NCBI GenBank assembly: GCA_008012175.1
Contig: SSEF01000011.1
Coordinates: 6,413 to 70,412, forward strand
Direction: 5' to 3'
Length of the DNA stretch: 64,000 nucleotides
From: Candidatus Moraniibacteriota bacterium
GTDB taxonomy: Bacteria > Patescibacteriota > Minisyncoccia > Moranbacterales > UBA1568
Shown here: in pieces, positions 30,600-40,676 of the stretch
Numbering within the stretch: the stretch's first letter is position 1
Layout of the letters: the number at the start of each line of letters is the position of its first letter
Position numbers and translations under genes: made by a program
The notes under the pieces: generated by a model
Seen by the model: the letters and a program-made list of their open reading frames with translations, nothing else
Databases searched by the model: none
Told to the model about the DNA's origin: nothing

Positions 30600-32327
30600 C
30601 TAAAAACTCGGGTCGTAGGATTGGCACAGGGCGTACGTCTTGAAGGCGTCCTGCTCGTTCTCCCGCACAAACAAGAGGTTCTTTCGCCACTCGGGGAGCG
30701 GCTGCACCTCTTTATTGTCCTGACCGGGTCGTACACCGTAGCACAGCGGCATTAGAACGTCGGCATAGGGGCACGATTCGAGTATTTGCGGAGCTAGGCA
30801 CTTGTCGTTTTCGAGACAGAGGGCTGCGACAAATGAAATTCGCAGGTCCGGTTGAGTAATAAGGAATGGGGCCAGTTTTGCGAGTCGCGGGACCAGTTTG
30901 GTGAGGTCGGGGAAGGATAGGATTTCTCGGCACGTTTCCTTGTCGAAAAACTCGTCGTTTCCGTACATGTCTAGCCACATCTCCAAGTACTCGGGGTCCT
31001 TGGGTATGTGTTTCCAGCAGGCCCGTTGCTTCTCCATAAAGTAGAAGCCCAGGATTGGCGTTCTTTGGCTATGCATGTAAAACATGTGGTGCACCTCCCG
31101 GATGAGCCGCTCCCAAATCGCCTCCGTGAACGAGCTCTCAGGTAAATTGGAGCAGGCCTCTAGTATAGAAGGCAAATAGTAAGGGGTCGGAAGCTTATAA
31201 TGCGACAGATAGTAGCGTCGTTGGCTCGGAGTCAAGTTGAGTCGAGCGACCTGCTCCATCGAAATGAAAGAGGGGTTTGCTCCGGGCGCGTCCCGCAAGA
31301 CTCCCCAATAGAACTTTTGTCGCGCCGTGGCACTTTTTGGCAGGTGCTCTTTCGAGCTCAGAAACGACCAGGCTGCGCGCGTGTCCGGCGCTAACTGCAG
31401 GACCCATAGAGGCCAATGGTCCGGCCACTGTTCCGGGTAATCGATCTCCGGATAGACGGAAATGTCCGCTTGGAGCGCCTCTTCGCACATCAAACGCATT
31501 TGTTGCATCCTCCGCGGCATGCTTGTATAGCGCACATTTTGGAGGATCTGCCGGCAGCGGTCGCGGGTGAAAAAACTCTCGACGAATCCGGTCGCCTCCC
31601 ATGCCGCCTGGTCGCAAATGAGCTGGGTGATGGCCGGAGGAGGGTCGTTCAGGCTCTCGAACAAGAAACTCAGATTCATTTGCACGAGATTGTTGTTTTT
31701 GGCGATGTGCTCGGCAATCTGTGTATCGTGCGCGGCCATAACTTCGCGAATTTTGTTGAGGACCGGGGTCTGGAAGACGAACGAGGGGTAGGGCTTCCCG
31801 TCGAGCAGATTAGAGACGGTCTCGAACGTCACGTTGTCGAGTGACAAGAACCGAAACGATTCGTCGAATAGGCTCGCTTCGCACGGGAAAAGGTTCGCCA
31901 AAAGCCGGAGCCGGGCTGACATGTCCGCCCGCCCCACCAATAAAGAGAAGTAGCACTTGGCCACTTTTGGCGTAAACTTCTCGGTCGGCACCAAGTGGCA
32001 CAAGTCTCTTTCAATGAGCAGCACGCAAAAGTCCTCATTGTCGAGCAGGTCGGGGCGTTCCGCCAACTGCGACGGCCTGAGCAACCGGCCCCACTCGTGC
32101 GCGCGCGTAAAATCAAACTCGATGCCGCGCAGGGAGTCGCCGAAAAACATGCGGTACATGTTGGGGTGGTTGTGAAAGAGGTACGTTCGAAAGATGGGCG
32201 ATTCGTTGAGCACCTTAGACTGACTCGACAGCCAGCTCCGACAGCGCCGGCGCCGTTTCGAATTGAAGAAAGACTTTAGGGCCTGTTCGCTTAAAGGAGC
32301 AACCATTATTGCGCTGCGCACATACAC
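30600..32327 (-). CDS. Hypothetical protein, paralog B of the convergent pair.
   Basis: 575 aa. NHPNMYRMFF/DNEDFCVLLI and RMQQMRLMCEEALQAD...VLRDAPGANP...RRYYLSHYKL are collinear with paralog A. Confidence 0.55.
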   Translation of the reverse strand: MYVRSAIMVAPLSEQALKSFFNSKRRRRCRSWLSSQSKVLNESPIFRTYLFHNHPNMYRMFFGDSLRGIEFDFTRAHEWGRLLRPSQLAERPDLLDNEDFCVLLIERDLCHLVPTEKFTPKVAKCYFSLLVGRADMSARLRLLANLFPCEASLFDESFRFLSLDNVTFETVSNLLDGKPYPSFVFQTPVLNKIREVMAAHDTQIAEHIAKNNNLVQMNLSFLFESLNDPPPAITQLICDQAAWEATGFVESFFTRDRCRQILQNVRYTSMPRRMQQMRLMCEEALQADISVYPEIDYPEQWPDHWPLWVLQLAPDTRAAWSFLSSKEHLPKSATARQKFYWGVLRDAPGANPSFISMEQVARLNLTPSQRRYYLSHYKLPTPYYLPSILEACSNLPESSFTEAIWERLIREVHHMFYMHSQRTPILGFYFMEKQRACWKHIPKDPEYLEMWLDMYGNDEFFDKETCREILSFPDLTKLVPRLAKLAPFLITQPDLRISFVAALCLENDKCLAPQILESCPYADVLMPLCYGVRPGQDNKEVQPLPEWRKNLLFVRENEQDAFKTYALCQSYDPSF

Positions 32328-32531
32328 TTTTCTTATAGATCAGATATTTGATAAGTAAACCGTCTAGCAGAGTCTCCTTTATACGGAGCCAGCCAAACAA
32401 GAATACAATGTTGCTATGTGCAACACAAACACAATTTTTTCTTGTTTAATAAGTCTTCGTAAAGTAGCCCTGCTCGCCAGGCGCTCTGCTCACCAAGTAG
32501 CTTTGCTCGGAGAGGCGAGAGATTGACAGGC

Positions 32532-32572
<41 letters not shown>

Positions 32573-32639
32573 AAAAAAGAGAGTTGAGTATTTTTTAAAA
32601 ATTTTATTTCAAGTCAAAAAAGAGAGGGCGAGCGGGCGC

Positions 32640-33554
32640 TCAAGAAGAGGCGGCGGCCTCAGTTTGGCGGCTCAGAAACGGATTCAGCAAGTAGCTGACC
32701 TGAACCTTCTGGCCGACGGCCTCGGCAGAGAGGGCCACAAAAGTCACAACGTAGGTTTTCGTCTCGACGCAGTGTAACGAGAAACGGCCTCCAGGACCCG
32801 GCCGTATCACAAAAGTGGGCTCCATTGGACCCTCTCGTTTGGAGCAGGCGCGCGCAATCGGCTCGGCGCGGTTATGTTTGTTAAAGACGTACACTAGCGC
32901 GACCACTTCGTGCAAACTGAGCTGGAAGTTGTAGGCACACGGAAACTCCACGTTTATAACCAAGTCATCGTCGCTTGGGAGGCCGCTCAACTTGCACATT
33001 GACTTCTTGTCGACGAGCGCGCAGGACTTGGATTCTGTGCGTGGCGTGTAGTCGTCCGCAAAAACATAGTTCGGTTGGGGCCGTTCTAGACCAAGGCAAA
33101 AGACCGAGCACCGGGACAAGTCCAAATTGCAGCGGCTGCCGTCGACGTTGTCTCTCAGGCACAAGCCGCCTAGGCGGAAGAGAATGTGCTCGAGGACTGT
33201 GCTCACGGCGGTCAGCGGCGGCGGCAAGAGAATGTCCATGTCATGGGGATAGTCGTGGTCGTTCCTAAAACTCAATTGAGACGCGAGCTCGAGATTGCAA
33301 TTGCCGCGGTCGTCCATGTTGAATAGCCACAGATTGCATGCCTGCCGCATTCGAATTTGCGCCGAAATAGCCGCGGCCGTCTCGAACGTGCAAAAGCAAA
33401 TGTTCTTTTGAAAGAAGTCGAGAACGTCGAGTAAGAGCTGGGCTCCTGTGACGTCCGTGCACGACACATATAGCTTTCCGTCGTCGGCCTCACGGACGAA
33501 GGGGCCGAGCGCGCGCAAAGGGACCGACAGCCTGGGAGCCGGCTGGAGGGCCAT
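32640..33554 (-). CDS. Hypothetical protein, either a separate gene or the 3' exon of the 35184 gene.
   Basis: 304-aa ORF. The frame stays open for about 35 codons upstream of its Met to the predicted acceptor at 33659. Confidence 0.45.
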   Translation of the reverse strand: MALQPAPRLSVPLRALGPFVREADDGKLYVSCTDVTGAQLLLDVLDFFQKNICFCTFETAAAISAQIRMRQACNLWLFNMDDRGNCNLELASQLSFRNDHDYPHDMDILLPPPLTAVSTVLEHILFRLGGLCLRDNVDGSRCNLDLSRCSVFCLGLERPQPNYVFADDYTPRTESKSCALVDKKSMCKLSGLPSDDDLVINVEFPCAYNFQLSLHEVVALVYVFNKHNRAEPIARACSKREGPMEPTFVIRPGPGGRFSLHCVETKTYVVTFVALSAEAVGQKVQVSYLLNPFLSRQTEAAASS

Positions 33555-33600
33555 GAACGCATCAGCCGGGCCGGGGGACGGCTTTCCAGTGCTTATTGTT

Positions 33601-35184
33601 TCAGCCGGTAGGATCCGCGCATTTAGCGTCTGGCAGCCAAACAGTTTCTCCGCAAAGTCCTAAAGAGAAAGAGAGAGAGAGGAGAGGGAGCTTACTCGTC
33701 AGCAGACGAGAGAAGGAACGAGAAGGGAAGCTTACCTGAAACGTCATGGAACGGGTCATGTCAGGCCAGAGCTTCCCGAGCAAGAAGGGCCAGGCCAATA
33801 GCTTGCCGTCGCACATAAACAGGCTCGTCAGGTTCGGGTTCTCTCGGAGGTACCAGTCGACGAACCGCACCTGGTCTTGATCGCCTTCAAACACAATAAA
33901 TTTGTGGCACACCGCAAGTAGGCGGCTCAACGCGTCGTTGTAGTCCACACATAGCCGCTCAGCAATGCGCCGGGCGAGATCCTCAGGCACGTTGCGCAAA
34001 ATGGCACACATCCACTCGTACATGCACATGATCTTTTCGTACTCCGACCAAGCCAAGCGAATTTTATTCTTGTCAACAGGAGTCTTGAGCGCCGGCCGGA
34101 TGACTCTGGCGCCGGTCTCGTCTCTGACCGCCCGGGGCATAGACAGATCGGCGGCGCACGGCAACGGGAGTGTGTGGTGCAGGCCCAAGATATTCGCCGA
34201 GCTCGCGTACTCTCGCCGCCAGCGGGACAAAGTTTCGATCGGACACAAAAGGCTCTTGGGAATGGGCCACGACAGCCCGGTCGACCGCTCGCCGTCGCTC
34301 TCATAACTAATGTAGCGATTGCGTCTTTCATAATAAGTCACGTCATAAATGCGGTCGCTCGCCAGCTGCAGGCTCAGGTCCTCTTGTGGCGGCAGGGGCA
34401 GGAAACCGCTCGGTGGGTCGGTGGCGCAATTCATGGCCCACGTCAACTCTATGTCGTAGGCTCGCGGAAAAATAGGCCCCAGACTAACGCCAAACAAGCG
34501 ATACAGCTCATTCAAGCAATTCTCATGGTCGTCGATCGTAAACGCGGACCGCTCTGCCCCTGTCTGCTGCTCTGCCCCTGTCTGCTGCTGCGGCCCCGCT
34601 TCTTTTTGCTGCTGCGGCCCCGGTCCCTGCTGTTGGCGGCCCTGTGGCAACTTCTTTGGCGGGCACTTTTTTTTCGGAGACACGACGACCGCGGCGGCTT
34701 CTTTCGGGATTAGGTTCTGCCAAATCGCGAAACCCGACGCCTCGACAATTTCGTTCGCCTCCTGGTCAGAGACCAAGGAAAAAGTGTTATCCGAGGCGAT
34801 GTCGTAGAACAGATTCGAGAGCGACACAAACAGGAGGCAAGGCTCCGTTTGAACGACAGCCAGGCAATCGGTCAGACTCTTCTTTTGGCTGGCCCGCCAA
34901 ATGTACGCCGGAACGTCGGGAGGAAGATGCGATCGATTGCGAGCGGCCACGTCGAAACTCTTGCTCTTCTCAACAAAATACGTGTGCCAGAGCAAAGGCT
35001 CGAGAACCGAGACCACCACAGTGGCCTTGCCCCGTTGAAAAATTTGCAAGATGCCGTACTCACAAGAGGGGTAGCAAAGAGAGATGGATTTGCGCTCCGA
35101 ACTCGTTCGCAGAGCATTCTTCCTGCCCAGCTCCTTAAAGTTGAAGCGCAGATCGGAACGGATTATGGATTCTAAGGCGTGCAT
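33601..35184 (-). CDS. Hypothetical protein. It is possibly exon 1 of a larger gene that continues into 32640..33554 through a 76-nt intron.
   Basis: 527-aa ORF with a QQQGPGPQQQ tract. A GTAAGC donor is at 33735 and a CTCTTTAG acceptor is at 33660. Splicing there leaves an open frame into the next ORF. Confidence 0.45.
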   Translation of the reverse strand: MHALESIIRSDLRFNFKELGRKNALRTSSERKSISLCYPSCEYGILQIFQRGKATVVVSVLEPLLWHTYFVEKSKSFDVAARNRSHLPPDVPAYIWRASQKKSLTDCLAVVQTEPCLLFVSLSNLFYDIASDNTFSLVSDQEANEIVEASGFAIWQNLIPKEAAAVVVSPKKKCPPKKLPQGRQQQGPGPQQQKEAGPQQQTGAEQQTGAERSAFTIDDHENCLNELYRLFGVSLGPIFPRAYDIELTWAMNCATDPPSGFLPLPPQEDLSLQLASDRIYDVTYYERRNRYISYESDGERSTGLSWPIPKSLLCPIETLSRWRREYASSANILGLHHTLPLPCAADLSMPRAVRDETGARVIRPALKTPVDKNKIRLAWSEYEKIMCMYEWMCAILRNVPEDLARRIAERLCVDYNDALSRLLAVCHKFIVFEGDQDQVRFVDWYLRENPNLTSLFMCDGKLLAWPFLLGKLWPDMTRSMTFQVSFPSRSFSRLLTSKLPLLSLSFSLGLCGETVWLPDAKCADPTG

Positions 35185-35575
35185 TTCAAGTCCAGTTAGC
35201 TAGTTGGTCCGGTTAGTTAGTTGTCGGTTTGGCAGGCGCAAACGGCTCCTTTTTATAAACAACGGTTGCGTCTCTTTTTTCTTTTTTGTTTTTTCGATTC
35301 AGGATTCCTACGCTCTTGTTTTCGGTTTCCATGCTCTTGTTTTTCGATGACTCGATTTCTTGTTTTCGGTTTCTTTGTTTTCGGTGGTTCTGACAGCGCT
35401 CTTGTTTTCGGTTTCCACGCCGCTCTTGTTATCAAAAGAGAGCAACATAGAAACCATTGTGCTCCCGTTTCATTAACGTATTCCGGCCGGGGTATTAATA
35501 GAAGTTTCACAACTATCTCTGCACTCATTTAATAAAGTTAGCAAAGTTGAACACACAACCAAGCGATAACAAAAA

Positions 35576-35632
35576 GCACTAGCAAAGCACTAGCAAAGCA
35601 CTAGCAAAGCACTAGCAAAGCACTAGCAAAGC
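35576..35632. repeat. (GCACTAGCAAA)x6 tandem repeat immediately upstream of the 35636 ATG.
   Basis: Direct reading. Confidence 0.9.
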
Positions 35633-35635
35633 ATC

Positions 35636-38113
35636 ATGTCCATTTCGCCATCGTCCATTGAAGGAGCACAACAGTTTGCCGATTTGTCGGCCAAACTATA
35701 CGAATACGTGACGAAGAACGGAAAGGGTCTGTCCGCCCTAGAGCAAACCACCTTCTTGGCACGTACCACCCTCATCGCCTCAGGTATCTTGAAGAGCGCG
35801 GGCAAACGTAAACAGTTTTCGAATTTTGTTAATACGTTTATTGAGATCATTGCCGTATTGCAGAATATGCAATTGTCTTCGCAAAAGGAGGTGTTGCTGT
35901 CTATCGATTTTATCGTTAGCCTCCTATTGAAGGGAATGAAGGATGCTCTCCGCATTCAAGAGGCTGTAGAGGAGAAACTGGCCACGGCTGATGTCTTGCT
36001 GGACAAAAACCCGTTTGAGTTGGTGGAATATAATTGGAATCCGGAGACGGGTTCATTTGAACGATTGCACGTCCCAATGTTGTTGAACGATATGTTGAAG
36101 ACGCTCTATGCAAAAGTGAAGGAGGACGAGTCATCCGCGGCCGAGGAAAAGGTTGGGATGTCCGAATCTGACGCGGCTAGGTTGTCTGGGGAGAAGAAGG
36201 AGCTAGGAGAGGAGGAAAAGCTGTCGGGAACTGGAGAGGAGAAGGAGCCGGGAGAGGCGAAATTTGGCGCAGAGTCGGGAATTGAGGGAGCGCAAGCCGA
36301 GCCGGGAACGAATTTGACGGAAAAAGAACAACTTGAAGGAGTTGTGAAAACTGGAGAGGCCGGGCAAACCGATGGAGAGGCCGCCCCGTCCCAATTCGAG
36401 CACATTTTATCAGGTTCGAATTTTCAAATCTTTATACATAAGCCATCTGTAAATGTGACATACTGCAAATATATAGAATCGGAGTCGGTCGCGCAGCCAG
36501 TTATTCCAAATCCGGAGCCCGCGGCAGTGAATGAGGAGCCCGCGGCAGTGAATGAGGAGCCCGCGGCAGTGAATGAGGAGCCCGCGGCAGTGAATGAGGA
36601 GCCCGCGGCAGTGGATGGCAAAGAGACTCCGCTAAAAGAGGATGGCAAAGAGTCGGAGGAGGAGGAAGAGCCAGTTTGGCCAGAAGGAATGGAGCCGGCT
36701 CCCATGAAAGATATCTGGCCAAAAGAACCGACCGAGGAGGAGGAGTCTTCGACCGAGGAAGAGGAGCCTTGGACCGAGGAAGAGGATGATTTCTTTGAGG
36801 CCAGGTTATTGAACGCCGAGGCGTTGCGCCGACTAGTCGAGATCAAGTGTCTGTCGGCGCATGAAGAGGCTGTAAAAACCGCGCCAGAGGGAGGCAATGA
36901 GACTATTGACAAAGAAACTGGCGAAGCCGAACCAAAAGAGTCCAAACCGGAACCTGGCCCTACCGAAAAGCCGGAGGAGCCCAAAGAATCCAAAGCTGAG
37001 AAACAGACGGGACGGGAAGCCGAGGAGCCGGGTGAGTCCAAGTCGGTGGAGCCTGGTGAGACCGAGCCGAAAGAGTCCAAACCGGAACCTGGCCCTACCA
37101 AGCTGGAGGAGTCGGGAGAGACCAAGCTGGAGGAGCTGACTACTGAGCCGGGTGCTGTCGAGGAAACGACGGGTCGGGAAGCCCAAGAACCTGGCGAGAC
37201 CAAGACGGAGGACGAGTTGGGACAGCAAACGAAACGTAGCGAGCACTATTCTAAAGTGAAGAGTGCTTTGTATTGGCTAGCCGACACTCTAGCTTCGTCC
37301 AACCAATCGGCCGACGAGAGCGGAGGCAAAGTACGCAGCAGCGAGAGACTCGACCAGCTGGAGAGCCTCGAAACTCTCATAAATTCGTGGATAACGAGCC
37401 AGAGCTTTTCATCGGCCGAATACGCTCTCATTTTCAAGCTGATTAGGACAATCGAAACGCAATGCTACAAGACGTTTCAAGACGTTCGGCAGACTTTTGA
37501 ACTTAGTAAATGGTACGTGGCCCTCCCAAAAACTTCTCTTTTTCTTTTAGATACCTCTATATACTTTTTCTTTTTTAGCTTGACAGCTTTTGACGGCCTA
37601 AAGATAACCGCCGAGAACAATCCTTTCGAGTGGCCCAAAGAAGCCATTTTAAAAAAGTTTTCGACTGTAGCCAAGGCTCTTGTCCAAATCGCGAAAGGAG
37701 AGGCTGACCGAAGCGGCCCGCTCACTGACTTTCTCTGCGCTGCCCACGAGATGGATGGCGCCACTCGGCGTAAGAAGGCGATGGACCTGGTGGCTTATGG
37801 TGAGCGATACTGTTTCGACCTTTCGGACTATTTGTTTCTCCATTTGATGGGAAACGTACCCAGCCATGTCCTTCCTGTCCGCCCCAACGACGGCTTGTAC
37901 GCCGAACCCGTGTTGAAGCTCGCTCAACGACTGCTTCGCTTGTACAACAAGACCATCAAACTGCTGTATTTCAAGGATTCGCCGGAACCTCTTTTTAACG
38001 AGGACTCGCCATACGAGCAGAGCATTGTCGACATCAAGGTCCTCTTTGACTGCTCCCTCGAGCACAACCGTGAGGCCAGTCGCCAGAAGTGGCAAGCCGG
38101 GGAGGCTCACTAA
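35636..38113 (+). CDS. Large acidic repeat protein of 825 aa. It has two candidate in-frame introns and an embedded PCNA-derived fragment.
   Basis: (EPAAVNE)x5, an E-rich tract and PEPGPT/KESK repeats are present. A 63-nt AT-rich GT...TATATAG segment lies at about 36413-36475 and a 66-nt GTACGT...TTTTTTAG segment at about 37516-37581. Both are stop-free. About 70 nt at 36790-36858 are near-identical to the PCNA 5' coding region. Confidence 0.5.
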   Translation: MSISPSSIEGAQQFADLSAKLYEYVTKNGKGLSALEQTTFLARTTLIASGILKSAGKRKQFSNFVNTFIEIIAVLQNMQLSSQKEVLLSIDFIVSLLLKGMKDALRIQEAVEEKLATADVLLDKNPFELVEYNWNPETGSFERLHVPMLLNDMLKTLYAKVKEDESSAAEEKVGMSESDAARLSGEKKELGEEEKLSGTGEEKEPGEAKFGAESGIEGAQAEPGTNLTEKEQLEGVVKTGEAGQTDGEAAPSQFEHILSGSNFQIFIHKPSVNVTYCKYIESESVAQPVIPNPEPAAVNEEPAAVNEEPAAVNEEPAAVNEEPAAVDGKETPLKEDGKESEEEEEPVWPEGMEPAPMKDIWPKEPTEEEESSTEEEEPWTEEEDDFFEARLLNAEALRRLVEIKCLSAHEEAVKTAPEGGNETIDKETGEAEPKESKPEPGPTEKPEEPKESKAEKQTGREAEEPGESKSVEPGETEPKESKPEPGPTKLEESGETKLEELTTEPGAVEETTGREAQEPGETKTEDELGQQTKRSEHYSKVKSALYWLADTLASSNQSADESGGKVRSSERLDQLESLETLINSWITSQSFSSAEYALIFKLIRTIETQCYKTFQDVRQTFELSKWYVALPKTSLFLLDTSIYFFFFSLTAFDGLKITAENNPFEWPKEAILKKFSTVAKALVQIAKGEADRSGPLTDFLCAAHEMDGATRRKKAMDLVAYGERYCFDLSDYLFLHLMGNVPSHVLPVRPNDGLYAEPVLKLAQRLLRLYNKTIKLLYFKDSPEPLFNEDSPYEQSIVDIKVLFDCSLEHNREASRQKWQAGEAH

Positions 38114-38229
38114 ACTTTTTTTATTAACTTGAGTGTGCGTGTGTTTTTTCTCAATAAAATTTAGTTAGCCCAACTTTTTTCTTTTTATTTTTTATAAATG
38201 TCAACTTGCTCCTCTTTGAAAAAACAAAA

Positions 38230-38636
38230 ATGCCCCCAACGAAGAAACCCCGCCGACCTATCGGCCGCGTACGCCAAGGAACCTTGCGAAAATTTGGCTA
38301 TAGCTCGAAGGCCTCCCGCGCCTCCCGTAAAAAGGCAGTATGCGCGGCCTCGAAACGATATGGCAAGGTCCCTATAATCCGAAAACTAAATTTTCTAGCC
38401 AACATGACTCGTAAACGGTAGGCAACCAACCCGGCCAGAAAATGTTTGCCGGCCTTTTGATCACACAACTAATTCTTTTTTCTCTTTTGTATAGCAATCC
38501 CCAACTAAGCAACGTGTATCGTCGGGACATGAATGTCGTCCGTAAAGAATGCAAGGGCCGGCGAGCAAAGTCGGCCCGGGGCGGCGAGGACGAGGAGCCG
38601 CATGAGGAAGAGGAGTACCCTGACGAGGACAACTAA
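38230..38636 (+). CDS. Small basic protein with an acidic tail, 2 exons (38230..38417, 38495..38636), with a 77-nt intron.
   Basis: MPPTKKPRRPIGRVRQGTLRKFGYSSKASRASRKK... The GTAGGC donor is after MTRK(R) and the acceptor is TTTTGTATAG. Exon 2 reads NPQLSNVYRRDMNVVRKECKGRRAKSARGGEDEEPHEEEEYPDEDN. Confidence 0.5.
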
Positions 38637-38690
38637 AAAAAAGAGAGAGAGAGCACGGTTCTTGTAAGTTTTTTATTTGTTAAAAAAATT

Positions 38691-40571
38691 TTAGTAGCGC
38701 TGATGATGCGGCGGCGGCACAGTAAAGTTTAGCGGTTTAGCTGTAGTTGCTGTTTGCGGAAAGGGCGGATGAGGCTGGAACTGAAGAGGCGGTTGAGGCT
38801 GGAAGAGTGGCTGAGGCGGTTGGAGTGGCCGCTGGAAGTGCGGCTGAGGCTGGAAGTGTTGATACATATTGGTCGGCGGAGGCGTAGGCAAATGGTATAT
38901 TTCGGACGGGCGGGGCGAGAACATTTGTGGCGGCATCGGCGGCATCGGCGGTTCCGCGTCGCTGCGGCGGCTCGACTGCTGCGACGAACTATTCCTCCTC
39001 TGCTGCTGCTGTTGTTGGGGCGGCTGCTGGGCTGCGTAGGGCCCCTCGTGAGTCTCGCTGTCGAAGGACGCGTCAGCAGGTCGGTCCTGGCTCAGCCGGA
39101 AAGCGTGAATCGAGCGACCGATTATCCAAAAGACGATAACAACCAAAACGTAGCATCTGGCTTTGCCGGGACCGCTCGCTCCGACCGAAGGGTCGAAAAT
39201 CTCACGGGCGTACTCTCCGAAATTTGTGTAAATGAGGCACGTGAGCGTCTTCAAGATGGACATTTTGTCGGCCAAATTCTCCGGCCGGCTCATAAAAGTC
39301 CAATATTGCTCGAACGCTAGCTTGAGCACGCTGTTGACGGCCGAGGCGATCAAACGATACGTGGCCCGCTCGCTCGCCGTCATCTTGTCCAAGTTCACAA
39401 AGAGGTCGACGACCATGTTGACGACATTATTGCCGATATCGTGTTTGGTGCTCTCGCGGTAGAATTGATCGTGGTCCTCGCCGCTCCTCGGCCCCCTCTC
39501 GCCCTTTTCGCCGCCGCCGCCGCCCGCCCGCTCCTTCTCGCCGCCCGCCCGCTCCTCCGACGCGCCGGCGCCATTCGCTCGGTCTTTTTGTCGCTCGTCC
39601 GTAACGAACGTCTTCATGTACTGATCCCGCGTCGGGTTGTTCAAGCCTTCGCCGCTGGCGCCGCGGCCCTCGTTGCCGTCCGTGCCTGCGCCGGCCCCAG
39701 ATGTGGGGATTTGGTTGGTAAGCGCCTCGACCACCTCTTCGATGAGCCGGCTGTTTTTCGAGCACACGTCCGCAAGATCCGAGCTTATTTGGGCGCGGGA
39801 CCTTTCTGGAGCGCTGCCTCCGCAAGCTTCGATAACGACGTCGGCGGCGGCCTGGCCTATGATCCGCGCGCATCTATGGGTCGACTCATCCGCGCGCTCA
39901 TCGAGTTTCGAACGCTTGTCGGAAGCCGCCTCCGCGGCGGATAGTTTACGCTTCCTGCTGCCGCGTGCTTCAGCCGCGGCCTCATCTACGGTTTCAGCCG
40001 CGGTCTCTGTTGCCGCCGCGCCGGCGAGATCTGTTAGGTCCATGCTAGGGCTGGCGGCCGAGGCGGCGGTCGGGATGGTTATAGTTGCCGAGGCGGGAGT
40101 AGTTATTGTGGTGTTCAAAGCAAGAATATGGCTCGCTGCCGTAGTGGCCGGGTCCGGGGTGGATGTAGGAATAGCCGCAGGAATAGTTGTAGGAGTAGAG
40201 GCGGCAGCGGCAGCTTGAACTGCTGCTATTTCGTCGAGACCTTCTTCTTGCCCCTGCTGCTGCTGCAGATCGTGCTGCTGATCCGGCTCCGGAGCGGCAG
40301 TAGAGGTGAATCCGGGCGGAGTACGAGAGACTTCGACGATTTGACAGGACGTTATCGAGTTGTCGAATAAAAACCCGTCCTCGCTGCCGTCGTCGGCCGA
40401 GCCGAGGAGATTGCCCTGCTGCTCGGTCTCGTAGCGGCGCGTGTCCAAAAGACGCGTGTCTAGAAACCGGTTGCTGCCGCCGGCGCGACCATGATTCGAT
40501 TTAATTAACGTGTAGTTGTTGTCGAGAGGCATTTGCATGCGCGGGTTCGGTGAGGGAGCGTTGAGTCTCAC
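38691..40571 (-). CDS. Low-complexity protein with an internal hydrophobic segment and a Pro/Gln-rich C-terminus. It may be matrix- or tegument-like.
   Basis: 626-aa ORF. It has Ala/Thr-rich tracts, a Gly-rich ERAGGEKERAGGGGGEKGERG stretch, CYVLVVIVFWIIG, and PPxY-like motifs. Confidence 0.4.
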   Translation of the reverse strand: MRLNAPSPNPRMQMPLDNNYTLIKSNHGRAGGSNRFLDTRLLDTRRYETEQQGNLLGSADDGSEDGFLFDNSITSCQIVEVSRTPPGFTSTAAPEPDQQHDLQQQQGQEEGLDEIAAVQAAAAASTPTTIPAAIPTSTPDPATTAASHILALNTTITTPASATITIPTAASAASPSMDLTDLAGAAATETAAETVDEAAAEARGSRKRKLSAAEAASDKRSKLDERADESTHRCARIIGQAAADVVIEACGGSAPERSRAQISSDLADVCSKNSRLIEEVVEALTNQIPTSGAGAGTDGNEGRGASGEGLNNPTRDQYMKTFVTDERQKDRANGAGASEERAGGEKERAGGGGGEKGERGPRSGEDHDQFYRESTKHDIGNNVVNMVVDLFVNLDKMTASERATYRLIASAVNSVLKLAFEQYWTFMSRPENLADKMSILKTLTCLIYTNFGEYAREIFDPSVGASGPGKARCYVLVVIVFWIIGRSIHAFRLSQDRPADASFDSETHEGPYAAQQPPQQQQQQRRNSSSQQSSRRSDAEPPMPPMPPQMFSPRPSEIYHLPTPPPTNMYQHFQPQPHFQRPLQPPQPLFQPQPPLQFQPHPPFPQTATTAKPLNFTVPPPHHQRY

Positions 40572-40676
40572 TTTAGCAATAAATTGTGTGTGTGCGAGAG
40601 AGGAAGTTTGCCATGTTGCAATTTTTTATTTATCTTAAATTTACCTAGCAAATGATCAACAACTCTCGCACACAGC

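Noticed and set aside
28828-32327. Considered whether the paralog pair could be double-jelly-roll major capsid proteins.
   Set aside because: The sequences are Leu/Glu/Arg-rich and helical in character. They lack the Gly/Asn/Tyr-rich beta-strand composition of DJR capsid proteins. No capsid call is made.
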